From: Patescibacteria group bacterium
Lineage (GTDB): Bacteria; Patescibacteriota; Doudnabacteria; UBA920; O2-02-FULL-48-8
Reading direction: 5' to 3'
Assembly (NCBI GenBank): GCA_036278915.1
Contig: DASUKB010000002.1
Coordinates: forward strand, 95,162 to 159,161
Length of the DNA stretch: 64,000 bases
Part shown: positions 55,824 through 64,000 of the stretch, in pieces
Numbering within the stretch: position 1 is the first letter of the stretch
Layout of the letters: each line of letters opens with the position of its first letter
Translations under genes and position numbers: made by a program
Notes under the pieces: model-generated
What the model was told of the DNA's origin: nothing
Databases searched by the model: none
What the model saw: only the letters and a program-made list of their open reading frames with translations

Positions 55824-56713
55824 GACTGGATAAATATTTAGTTGAAAAAATCCCAAATATTTCGCGCTCAAGGATTCAGCAGACCATCAAAGATACCGGG
55901 GTTTTGGTTAATGGCGAAAAAATTCTAGAGCCCGATTTTGAAATAACAGAAACTCATGAAGTTTTATTGCCGGAATTTAAGACTGATGATTTGAAGCCAA
56001 GTGATATTGAATTGAAAGTTGTTTTTGAAAATAATGATTTGGCTGTTATAGATAAACCAGCGGGAATGGTGGTGCACCCGGGTGCCGGCAATACCGAAGA
56101 TACCTTAGCCAATGCATTGCTTGCCAAGTATCCCGGTATTGAAAAGGTGGGTGAGCCGCATCGGCCGGGGATAGTGCACCGTTTGGACGAAGACACCTCC
56201 GGACTCATTGTGATTGCCAAAACCCAAGCCGCGTATGATTACCTCAAGCAAATGTTTTTGGACAGAAGCGTAGACAAAGAGTATCTGGCTTTGGTCCGCG
56301 GAACGCCAAATAAGCACGGCATAATCGATGCGCCTTTGGAACGCGTACCGCTTAAGCAAAAAATGTCCGTCAGAGACGGATCCGCCTCCGGCGGAAAGAT
56401 TAAACAAGCCATTACTGAATATTTTTTAGTTGCCTCCGACCTCTCTTTACAATTTTCCCTGATTCGTGTAAAATTGCATACAGGTCGCACACACCAGATT
56501 CGTGCGCATTTGGCGCACATTGGCCATCCAATTATCGGCGACGCAGTCTATGGGAGCAAATCCGATTTGGTCGGCAGGCAGTTTCTGCACGCATATAAAT
56601 TGAAATTTAAATTAATGGACAGAACCTGGATTGAACTGGTGAGTACACTTCCAGCAGATCTCAAAGAGGCCTTGTCCCAATTAAACATATCATATGATGA
56701 TCAACTCATTTAA
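55820..56713 (+). CDS. RluA-family pseudouridine synthase with N-terminal S4 domain (RluD-like)
   Basis: HRLDEDTSGLIVIAKT catalytic Asp motif. Confidence 0.85.
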   Translation: MRLDKYLVEKIPNISRSRIQQTIKDTGVLVNGEKILEPDFEITETHEVLLPEFKTDDLKPSDIELKVVFENNDLAVIDKPAGMVVHPGAGNTEDTLANALLAKYPGIEKVGEPHRPGIVHRLDEDTSGLIVIAKTQAAYDYLKQMFLDRSVDKEYLALVRGTPNKHGIIDAPLERVPLKQKMSVRDGSASGGKIKQAITEYFLVASDLSLQFSLIRVKLHTGRTHQIRAHLAHIGHPIIGDAVYGSKSDLVGRQFLHAYKLKFKLMDRTWIELVSTLPADLKEALSQLNISYDDQLI

Positions 56714-57035
56714 ACCAGAACAGCTCAAAGAAGTGCCAGTGCTTAAGGCTGGCTACATAGTGCGCGTCCACCAAAAAATTACGGATGTATCATCCGACGG
56801 CAAAGAAAAGCAGCGCATCCAGATTTTTGAAGGCCAAGTTATAGGCACTCGCGGCGGCAAAGCCATCAACGGCACGGTCACGGTGCGCAAGATCGCCTCC
56901 GGCGTGGGCGTGGAACGCATTTTTCCGATCCATTCGCCAAGTATCGAAAAAATCGAAGTCGTGAAAGCCACCCCGGCGCGTAAAGCTAAACTGTACTACA
57001 CTCGGGCCGGCAAAGAAGCGAAAGTCAGAGAATAA
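56694..57035 (+). CDS. rplS: 50S ribosomal protein L19
   Basis: 113 aa; GDIVRV-like OB fold; position after trmD. Confidence 0.85.
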   Translation: MMINSFKPEQLKEVPVLKAGYIVRVHQKITDVSSDGKEKQRIQIFEGQVIGTRGGKAINGTVTVRKIASGVGVERIFPIHSPSIEKIEVVKATPARKAKLYYTRAGKEAKVRE

Positions 57036-57037
57036 AA

Positions 57038-57065
57038 ATTACCTCCTAAAACCACCCCACTCAGG
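57038..57065 (+). terminator. Rho-independent terminator after rplS
   Basis: AAACCACCC-CACTCA-GGGTGGTTTTT. Confidence 0.85.
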
Positions 57066-57124
57066 GTGGTTTTTCTTGTAAGCTGGCGTTATTTGTGCTT
57101 TAATTATCTGGAGAAAGCACAAAA

Positions 57125-57682
57125 ATGACACAAACAAACCAGATACAAAAACAAGGTTTTACCCTGATTGAGCTTTTGGTGGTGATTGCCATTATCGGTT
57201 TATTATCATCTACGGTAATGACCACGGTTTCAGTGGCCCGGAGCAAATCACGCGATGCCCGCAGGGAAGCCGATGCATTGAATTTGCTCAATGCCCTGGC
57301 TTTAGAAGAAAGCACACGAGGCAAGTTGCCTTGCCATAAGGATTACGACAGTTCCGAAAATTCAAATGGTTCTGTCAATCAGAAATTTATGAAATTTTTA
57401 GTAACAGATGGTTATCTGGCCCAAACTCCGCGCGATCCGCTCAATAAAGGAATTTATACATATTCCTATATGACTTTTTCAAATGTAAAAAAAGGTCCTT
57501 GCGGTGCGGTGGCCTACATTGACTACACCACAGAAAACCCGATCACGAGCTGTGTCGGCGGCGGAGTATTGATCAATAATAACCACTGCCATATATTTTT
57601 TCCGAGTCCCCCAAACTGTCCAAATTGGACAGATGCCGATTTATCCGACTGTAAACTCAAGGACAAGAAAAATGATTATTAA
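57125..57682 (+). CDS. Type IV pilin / pseudopilin with Cys-rich C-terminal domain
   Basis: Prepilin N-terminal motif QGFTLIELLVVIAIIGLL (class III signal); 8 Cys in the C-terminal half. Confidence 0.8.
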   Translation: MTQTNQIQKQGFTLIELLVVIAIIGLLSSTVMTTVSVARSKSRDARREADALNLLNALALEESTRGKLPCHKDYDSSENSNGSVNQKFMKFLVTDGYLAQTPRDPLNKGIYTYSYMTFSNVKKGPCGAVAYIDYTTENPITSCVGGGVLINNNHCHIFFPSPPNCPNWTDADLSDCKLKDKKNDY

Positions 57683-57707
57683 AAAAACCGCCATATGACG
57701 GTTTTTT
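57681..57707. terminator. Bidirectional rho-independent terminator
   Basis: AAAAAAACCGCC-ATATGA-CGGTTTTTT. Confidence 0.85.
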
Positions 57708-57715
57708 AAGGATCT

Positions 57716-57925
57716 TTATACCATGCTGGCAGAGTTGATCCGGCCGCGATCCTGGCGTAATTTATCGATTTGATTTTTCAGGGCGAGTACCTCGGCATCC
57801 ACCACTTCGCCGCTTGCCGCGCGTTTACGCAGTTCTTCCAGTTTTTGCTCGGCTTCTGCGAGAACGCGGTCATTATCGTTCAAAGCGCGGAGGCCTGAAC
57901 CTTCGTAACCTATTTCACTTCTCAT
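57716..57925 (-). CDS. Small coiled-coil hypothetical protein (69 aa)
   Basis: ORF 1 nt downstream of the sod stop; heptad-like charged pattern. Confidence 0.35.
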   Translation of the reverse strand: MRSEIGYEGSGLRALNDNDRVLAEAEQKLEELRKRAASGEVVDAEVLALKNQIDKLRQDRGRINSASMV

Positions 57926-57926
57926 T

Positions 57927-58553
57927 TTAGATTAGTTTAAGGACATTCCAGAAGGCACCGATATAGTCGGCGCGCCTGTTTTGATATTTGAGGTAATATG
58001 CATGCTCCCAAACATCGAGGCCCAGCACTGGCGTGTGGCCGTGTAGAAGGGGCGAGTCCTGGTTGGGTAGTCCATGCAAGTGCAATTTTCCGGATTCGTC
58101 GCGCGCCAGGAAAGCCCAGCCTGAGCCGAACTGTTTGGCAGCAATTTCCGAAAACTGTTTTTTGAAATCGTCAACGGATCCGAATGTCTCGATAATTTCC
58201 GAAACTAATTTTTCATCTTTAGTACCGGCCGGGTCAAGGAGTTTCCAAAACAGCGAGTGATTTGCATGCCCGCCGCCTTGGTTCCTGATGGCCAATTTTG
58301 TAGTGTCATCAACTTTGAGGGACTCTAAGTTTTTGAGGAGATCTTCTGCGCTCATCTGTTGGAGATCCGAGTGGTTTTCTAGCGCCGCATTGAGCTTGTC
58401 GATATAAGCCTGATGATGCTTAGTGTAATGAATTTCCATCGTTTTGGCATCTATATACGGCTCTAGAGCATCGTAGGCATATGCAAGTTTGGGCAGTTCA
58501 AATTTCATAAGTATTAACCCTTTCTTTTTTAATTCCTTTTTTATATTAAGCAA
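57927..58553 (-). CDS. Fe/Mn superoxide dismutase
   Basis: HYTKHH, GSGWAFL, DVWEHAYY metal-ligand motifs. Confidence 0.9.
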   Translation of the reverse strand: MLNIKKELKKKGLILMKFELPKLAYAYDALEPYIDAKTMEIHYTKHHQAYIDKLNAALENHSDLQQMSAEDLLKNLESLKVDDTTKLAIRNQGGGHANHSLFWKLLDPAGTKDEKLVSEIIETFGSVDDFKKQFSEIAAKQFGSGWAFLARDESGKLHLHGLPNQDSPLLHGHTPVLGLDVWEHAYYLKYQNRRADYIGAFWNVLKLI

Positions 58554-58587
58554 CTAGAATGCTGGCGTCAATACATTTTCTACCAGA

Positions 58588-58616
58588 TTGCAGTAGAAGT
58601 TGGTTTATGGTATAGT
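58588..58616 (+). promoter_or_regulatory. Sigma70-type promoter (TTGCAG-17-TATAGT, extended -10 TGGTATAGT) with ~220-nt leader upstream of rny
   Basis: 17-nt spacer; leader contains palindrome TGGCCACGAGGCCA. Confidence 0.5.
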
Positions 58617-58840
58617 GAAAGCGCTTTAACTGGCCACGAGGCCACTTAAGTACATATTTTCTTCAGCTTACTTATATAAATTTCAAAGTTTGTTGATCTG
58701 ATCACATGGTTTTACGGCTTGTATCTAATTTTGACTCAAAAATAACCCTTTCTCATCTAAGAGAGGCGTATTTGGTTTAGCAGCTTAGAACAAACTTCAA
58801 AACACATTCAGAAACCAAGCTTTGGATTGGAAAGGTTTTT

Positions 58841-60358
58841 ATGTTGTTTGTATACATAATCATTGCTATTGCTGCGGGGCTTGGTGCCGGTTACTATTTG
58901 CGCAAGCTCCAGATTGCCGGCAAAGTCAATTCAATTGAAGCCAAAGTTTCCAAGGCTTTAGACGAGGCGCACACCAAAGAAAAGGAAATTTTATTGGAGG
59001 CCAAATCACGCGCCATTGAGATAGTCGATCAGGCCAAAAAAAGCGAACAAGAATTTCGCAATCAAATTTTAAAGACCGAAGACCGTTTAAGCAAAAAAGA
59101 TTCAGATTTGGACCGCAAGCTTTCGGAACTGGAACAGACTCGTTCCAACCTGGCCAAAAAGCAGGACGAGCTGGCCTCTTCTCATGAGGAATTGAAAACC
59201 ATCCGCGCCCGGCAGATGGAGCAATTGCAGAAAATCTCAAACCTCACGCCAGAGGATGCCAAACGAGTGCTTCTGGAAGCCACGGAGAAAAATATGCGCG
59301 AGGAACTAGCCGGGCTTACACGTAAACTGATTACCAATGCCCGCGAAGATGCGGACAAAAAAGCTCGAGAAATCGTAAGTCTGGCCATTCAGCGCTGTGC
59401 CTCGGAAGTTACCAGTGAAATGACGACTACCGCAGTAGCGCTTCCTTCGGAAGAAATGAAAGGACGCATCATCGGCAAAGAGGGCCGCAACATCCGAACA
59501 TTTGAACAGATGCTCGGGGTTGAGGTTATCGTGGATGATACGCCCGATGTGGTCGTGATTTCTGGATTCAATTCGGTTCGCCGTCACATCGCCAAAATTG
59601 CTTTGGAGAAATTGATTCAAGACGGCCGTATTCATCCGGCCAAAATCGAAGAGGCTACCGAGAAAGCCAAAAAAGAAATCGCGGAGCAGATCAAAGAGGC
59701 GGGGGAGGCCGCAGTTTACGAACTCGGCATTGCCAATTTTCCAGCCAAACTGGTCCAACTTATAGGCCGGCTCAAATTCCGCACCAGCTATGGCCAGAAC
59801 GTGCTCAAGCACTCCGTTGAAATGGCCAAGCTGGCAGCGCTTATGGCCGAAGAGGTCGGCGCCGATATCCAGACAGTCAAACAAGGCGCACTTTTGCACG
59901 ATATAGGCAAGGCTTTAGATCAGGATATGGAAGGTACACACGTGGAGATCGGCAAACAAATTGCCAAAAAATTCAATTTGCCTGAAAAAATCGTCAACGC
60001 AATTGAGGCCCACCACGGCGACGTTGAATATGGGTCCATTGAAGCCGCAATTGTGGACGCGGCTGACAATATTTCTGGCGCTCGTCCCGGGGCCCGGCGC
60101 GATACTTATGAAAATTACGTTAAACGGTTGGAAGAACTGGAAAGCGTGGCCTCAAGCTTTGAGGGAGTGGATCGCGTTTATGCCATCCAGGCCGGCCGCG
60201 AAATCCGTGTGTTTGTCCGGCCCGAGAAAGTCGACGACTGGTCGGCGACTAAGCTTGCGCGCGACATAGCCAACAAGATCGAACAGGATCTTAAATTTCC
60301 AGGTGAAATCCGCGTGATGGTGATTCGGGAGACAAGAGTGGTTGAATATGCAAGATAA
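58841..60358 (+). CDS. rny: Ribonuclease Y
   Basis: N-terminal TM, coiled coil, KH domain (GRIIGKEGRNIR), HD domain (HDIGK). Confidence 0.9.
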   Translation: MLFVYIIIAIAAGLGAGYYLRKLQIAGKVNSIEAKVSKALDEAHTKEKEILLEAKSRAIEIVDQAKKSEQEFRNQILKTEDRLSKKDSDLDRKLSELEQTRSNLAKKQDELASSHEELKTIRARQMEQLQKISNLTPEDAKRVLLEATEKNMREELAGLTRKLITNAREDADKKAREIVSLAIQRCASEVTSEMTTTAVALPSEEMKGRIIGKEGRNIRTFEQMLGVEVIVDDTPDVVVISGFNSVRRHIAKIALEKLIQDGRIHPAKIEEATEKAKKEIAEQIKEAGEAAVYELGIANFPAKLVQLIGRLKFRTSYGQNVLKHSVEMAKLAALMAEEVGADIQTVKQGALLHDIGKALDQDMEGTHVEIGKQIAKKFNLPEKIVNAIEAHHGDVEYGSIEAAIVDAADNISGARPGARRDTYENYVKRLEELESVASSFEGVDRVYAIQAGREIRVFVRPEKVDDWSATKLARDIANKIEQDLKFPGEIRVMVIRETRVVEYAR

Positions 60359-60412
60359 AACGCTTGGGCAAGAATTTTTTGCCCGAACACAAACCCTCAA
60401 TAATAAAAAATT

Positions 60413-61231
60413 ATGTTAAAAATTATTTTTTTTGGTGATATTTGTGGAGAACCGGGACGGCGTGCGGTAAAGCAGTCTCTGCCGGAAATTTTGGATACCC
60501 AGCAACCGGACCTGGTTTTGGCCAACGTAGAAAACCTGGCGCACGGCAAAGGCGTGACTGTCAAAACTTTGGAGGAATTGATTCGCGCCGGCATTTCCGG
60601 ATTCACCGGCGGCAATCATATTTTTTCCAAACGTGACTTCACGGATGAAGTCTTCTCTAAATACGGGAAGATCCTGGTACGACCGACAAACATACCTGAT
60701 ACTTATTCGGGATCCGAAAGTATCTTTTTGGAAACCAAAAAAGGCAAGGTTTTGGTGGGCAATTTTTTGGGACAGGTTTTTATGGACCGGCAATTTCATG
60801 ATCCTATCGGCTCGCCATTTGAGCAGATTCAGAATTGGCTGACCAGTAATCAGATCGAAAATCCCGTGGCGACTATCATAGATTTCCATGCCGAAGCCAC
60901 GAGCGAAAAAGTTGCGTTCGGGTATTTTCTGGACGGCAAAGTTTCGGCCATGCTTGGCACGCACACCCATATACCCACGGCAGATTATAAAGTCCTGCCA
61001 GCAGGTACGGCATATATTACCGACGTTGGCATGTGCGGCGCAGCCGGTTCTGTGCTTGGAGTCGAGAAAGAACTGTCGCTGGCTCGGTTTACCACAGGCA
61101 CCCATGTGGCATTTGACATTCCCAAAGATGTGTCGTCTGCCGAATTAAGTTATGTTATTATAGATATAGATGAAACTAATGGCCGGGCCGCTCAAATTCA
61201 GGGCGTGCACCGGATAATTAAACTCAAATAA
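60413..61231 (+). CDS. ymdB: YmdB-family metallophosphoesterase (TIGR00282)
   Basis: FFGDICGEPGR...NVENLAHGKG; conserved rny-ymdB synteny. Confidence 0.8.
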   Translation: MLKIIFFGDICGEPGRRAVKQSLPEILDTQQPDLVLANVENLAHGKGVTVKTLEELIRAGISGFTGGNHIFSKRDFTDEVFSKYGKILVRPTNIPDTYSGSESIFLETKKGKVLVGNFLGQVFMDRQFHDPIGSPFEQIQNWLTSNQIENPVATIIDFHAEATSEKVAFGYFLDGKVSAMLGTHTHIPTADYKVLPAGTAYITDVGMCGAAGSVLGVEKELSLARFTTGTHVAFDIPKDVSSAELSYVIIDIDETNGRAAQIQGVHRIIKLK

Positions 61232-61768
61232 ATGCCGCAGCCAAAAAGTTTTCTTGCGCCAAAACAGGTGCTGTTTAATGCCGAAATCGGCCGGGGCCAG
61301 ACCGTGGTAGATTTGGGAGCGGGTAATGGATTTTTTGCCCTGGCAGCGGCCCAGGCAGTGGGGCCGGAAGGGCATGTGTATGTGGTTGATATTCTTGAAA
61401 AATCTTTGGAACATGTCGCGTCGGAATCCCGAAGGCAGAACTTAGGAAATATCAGTACCATTCGCCATGATCTGGAAAAACCGGGCATGGAACAAGTTGC
61501 AGCAGGCAGTGCCGACGTTGTGATTGTAGCCAATGTCCTGCATCAAATCAAAAATACAGCCGGCCTAATAGCAGAGATTTACCGCTTGCTTAAAACTGGC
61601 GGTCGCGTGTGTATTTTGGATTGGAACGGTGAGCCATCGGTATTCGGCCCCAGGTCGTCCCGGCGAGTGTCGGAAGACAATGTCCGGGAAATGTTTGCGA
61701 AGGCTCTGAAATTTGAGCGTAAGGTTGACGGCGGCCAATTTCATTTTGGATTAATCTTCGTAAAATAA
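61232..61768 (+). CDS. Class I SAM-dependent methyltransferase
   Basis: VVDLGAGNGFF motif I. Confidence 0.7.
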   Translation: MPQPKSFLAPKQVLFNAEIGRGQTVVDLGAGNGFFALAAAQAVGPEGHVYVVDILEKSLEHVASESRRQNLGNISTIRHDLEKPGMEQVAAGSADVVIVANVLHQIKNTAGLIAEIYRLLKTGGRVCILDWNGEPSVFGPRSSRRVSEDNVREMFAKALKFERKVDGGQFHFGLIFVK

Positions 61769-61769
61769 C

Positions 61770-62165
61770 ATGACATTTGATAAATTTTTTTGGTTTTCAC
61801 AGCCAAGCTTAATTTTGACCTCAGCCGATAAAGAGCTGCTTTGGATATTTGCAGGTCTGACCCTGCTTGGGATTATTTTCAAAATTGCAGAAGCGGTGAT
61901 GCATCATGCGGTCCTGGTCAAACTCTATGGTAAACTAGGCGCGGCGACCTTCTGGATGGGCATCTCGGGTCTGATTTGGTATGTTTTGCGCTACGAGAAC
62001 ACGCCAGTACTGGCCGACCGCTACTGGGCCGGATTGACCTTGCTTTGTTTTATCATCTGGCTCTTGGCTATTGTTTGGTTTGTTTTCACCAAGTTCCGCG
62101 TAGAGAAGCGCGAATATGATCGTCAGATGCTCAACAGCCGGTATATCCCTGGGTCCCGAAAATGA
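61770..62165 (+). CDS. Hypothetical membrane protein (3-4 TM)
   Basis: ORF with hydrophobic helices; translationally coupled to neighbours. Confidence 0.4.
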   Translation: MTFDKFFWFSQPSLILTSADKELLWIFAGLTLLGIIFKIAEAVMHHAVLVKLYGKLGAATFWMGISGLIWYVLRYENTPVLADRYWAGLTLLCFIIWLLAIVWFVFTKFRVEKREYDRQMLNSRYIPGSRK

Positions 62166-62530
62166 ACCTCGGTCAACAGGGGGAGATGTTGGTGGCAAAG
62201 CATTACGAGAATTTAGGCTTCCGGATTTTGGACCGTAATTTTATTTTTCCTAAAGGCAAACAAACCGGTGAGCTGGATCTGGTGGCTCTCAAAGACGGGG
62301 AATTGGTGTTTGTGGAAGTTAAAACCCGAAGCAGTGCCAAGTTTGGCGGCCCGTTTGAATCCGTAGATTTGGGCAAGCAGCGGAAATTGGTGAAGATGAC
62401 TAAACTTTACCTGCAATTGCACCCGGAATTGAGGGACAAAAATTACCGCATTGACGTAGCTGCCGTGGATATTGACAACCAGCATGAACCTGTTATAATA
62501 CTTCCGAACGCTGTTGAAGACACCTACTAA
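62162..62530 (+). CDS. yraN: YraN family (UPF0102) endonuclease-like protein
   Basis: GE..A..YL...G..IL.RN......GE.DLV......LVFVEVK.R signature. Confidence 0.8.
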   Translation: MNLGQQGEMLVAKHYENLGFRILDRNFIFPKGKQTGELDLVALKDGELVFVEVKTRSSAKFGGPFESVDLGKQRKLVKMTKLYLQLHPELRDKNYRIDVAAVDIDNQHEPVIILPNAVEDTY

Positions 62531-62556
62531 ACGAGCCTTAAGCTCGTTTCTTTTTT
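62529..62556 (+). terminator. Rho-independent terminator after yraN
   Basis: AAACGAGC-CTTA-AGCTCGTTTCTTTTTT. Confidence 0.85.
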
Positions 62557-62587
62557 CAAATGAATTAAACTCAAGGAAGTAAAACAA

Positions 62588-63727
62588 ATGAATGATCAAT
62601 TTGAACAGGCATTAAACCAGATTGCTGAAGAAAAAGATATCAGCAAAGACGAAATTCTCAAAATGATTGAGGTCTCTTTGGCCGCGGCTTTTCGCAAGGA
62701 CTACGGCAAGAAAGACCAAAATATTGTTGTGGAGTTTTTGCCAGAAACCATGGGCACGAAAATTTTTGATGTTAAGAAAGTCGTAGAAGTCGTGGAAGAT
62801 CCGGTTAAAGAAATGTCTTTGGAGGATGCTAAAGTGCATAAGAAAAACGTCAAGGTCGGCGATGAGATCAAAATGGACATCACGCCCAAAACCGGGGCCA
62901 AGTTTGGCCGCATTGCGGCCCAGACTGCCAAGCAGGTTATTGTCCAGAAAATCCGCGAAGCCGAGCGAGGTGTAATGTTTTCTGACTACAAAGCCAAAGA
63001 ACGCCAGCTGGTGAACGGTATGGTTCAGCGCATTGAGGGTGACACGGTCTTGGTTGATTTGGGCAAGGCCACCGGCGTATTGTTCCCATCCGAACAGATC
63101 CGCGGCGAAAAATATTCTATAGGCGCCAGGGTCAAAGTTTTGATTCTGCACGTTGAGCCCACGGCCAAGGGTCCGAAAATTACGCTCTCGCGTTCGCATC
63201 CGGACGTGGTCAGGCGCTTGTTTGAAATCGAAGTTCCGGAAATTGCCAATGGCATTGTGGAAGTCAAATCAATTGCTCGTGAGGCCGGCAGCCGCACCAA
63301 GATTGCGGTCTGGTCTTCGCAGGACGGCGTGGATGCCATAGGCGCCTGCGTCGGGCAGCGAGGCACGCGCGTGCAGGTGGTTATGGGAGAGCTTGCGGGA
63401 GAAAAAATCGACATTATCTCCTGGAGCGAAGATCCGGTAAAATTCATAGCCAATTCTCTGTCGCCGGCCAAAATTCTGAACGTGACCTTGGACGAAGAAT
63501 CCAAGGAGGCCAAAGTTGGAGTGCTTTCAGACCAGCTGTCTTTGGCTATAGGCAAGGCCGGGCAAAATGTCCGGCTGGCCGCGCGCTTAACCGGTTGGAA
63601 AATTGATATTATTGAAGAAAAATTAGACGGTAATAATGAAGCCAAACCCGAAGCAGAAGTTTCGGAACCTGAAGTTTCCGAAGCTGCTGACTCCCGACAG
63701 CCGGAAGGAGAGCCAAGCAATGTCTAA
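62588..63727 (+). CDS. nusA: Transcription termination/antitermination factor NusA
   Basis: N-terminal domain, S1 domain, two KH domains; acidic C-terminus. Confidence 0.9.
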   Translation: MNDQFEQALNQIAEEKDISKDEILKMIEVSLAAAFRKDYGKKDQNIVVEFLPETMGTKIFDVKKVVEVVEDPVKEMSLEDAKVHKKNVKVGDEIKMDITPKTGAKFGRIAAQTAKQVIVQKIREAERGVMFSDYKAKERQLVNGMVQRIEGDTVLVDLGKATGVLFPSEQIRGEKYSIGARVKVLILHVEPTAKGPKITLSRSHPDVVRRLFEIEVPEIANGIVEVKSIAREAGSRTKIAVWSSQDGVDAIGACVGQRGTRVQVVMGELAGEKIDIISWSEDPVKFIANSLSPAKILNVTLDEESKEAKVGVLSDQLSLAIGKAGQNVRLAARLTGWKIDIIEEKLDGNNEAKPEAEVSEPEVSEAADSRQPEGEPSNV

Positions 63728-64000
63728 CGATAGAATTTCGGCACAACTTGTGCCTATGGTCGTGGAAAAATCCCAGTTTGGGGAACGGGCGTTTGATATC
63801 TACTCCCGCCTGCTCCGCGAAAACATAATTTTTTTGGGTGATGTCATCGACGACCATATCGCTAACCTGGTGATTGCCCAACTTTTGTTTTTGGACGCAG
63901 AGAACCCAAAAAAGGACATCCGGCTCTATATCAATTCGCCGGGCGGATCCGTCACCGCGGCCATGGCCATTTACGATACCATGCAGTACGTCAAACCTGA
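63720..64000 (+). CDS. clpP: ATP-dependent Clp protease proteolytic subunit, 3'-partial (runs off the window)
   Basis: [24 protein letters not shown]...[11 protein letters not shown]-terminal ClpP signature; 8-nt overlap with nusA. Confidence 0.85.
   Translation, partial: MSNDRISAQLVPMVVEKSQFGERAFDIYSRLLRENIIFLGDVIDDHIANLVIAQLLFLDAENPKKDIRLYINSPGGSVTAAMAIYDTMQYVKP

Noticed and set aside
57125-57682. Treating the type IV pilin and the TrbC/VirB2-like array as one pilus system
   Set aside because: They are 13 kb apart, have different signal types (class III prepilin versus Sec-type signal peptides) and different family signatures, so they are most likely unrelated surface systems.
1-64000. 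CRISPR arrays, rRNA genes, transposases, integrases and restriction-modification genes
   Set aside because: No regularly spaced short direct repeats, no rRNA-like conserved stretches, and no recombinase or MTase motifs were seen anywhere in the window. The mobile-looking features here (IRs, tRNA-end duplications) are not accompanied by a recombinase.

Overview
The window looks like a gene-dense, streamlined bacterial chromosome segment of roughly 45-50% GC; the gene content suggests a Patescibacteria/CPR-like or Firmicutes-like organism, but that is inference. Most of it is housekeeping: tyrS (5' partial), ruvC, yebC, gyrA, rpsA, an infB-rbfA-nrnA block, ftsK, rodZ-like, recA, dksA-like, lspA, lexA, comM/yifB, galU, ftsH, rnc, a short smc-like gene, the rpsP-KH-trmD-rluA-rplS block, a type IV pilin, sod, rny-ymdB, yraN, nusA and clpP (3' partial), with at least 15 tRNA genes. 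Six things stand out. (1) Three tRNA loci (Ala-CGC, Arg-CCT, Ile-UAU) each have an intact tRNA, flanked by mutually complementary arms, embedded between 5' and 3' fragments of a homologous tRNA (a tRNA-inside-tRNA arrangement). (2) A ~3.3 kb cassette carrying a Mur-ligase-like gene and an AT-rich O-antigen-ligase-like gene is bounded by ~105-bp near-perfect inverted repeats that abut tRNA 3' ends with a shared CCA-GAAAA-GCTCGG trailer, and a third degenerate copy of that trailer follows tRNA-Val. (3) Five tandem TrbC/VirB2-like small pilin paralogs. (4) Two GC-rich (~58-60%) probable islands, each next to tRNA genes, encoding only hypothetical proteins. (5) A 680-bp ORF-free region with a consensus sigma70 promoter overlapping the recA terminator, which is a candidate ncRNA. 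(6) A low-GC RhuM-Fic/Doc gene with a His-to-Lys substitution in the Fic motif, plus a repeated palindromic element upstream of start codons. No CRISPR array, rRNA gene or transposase was found.
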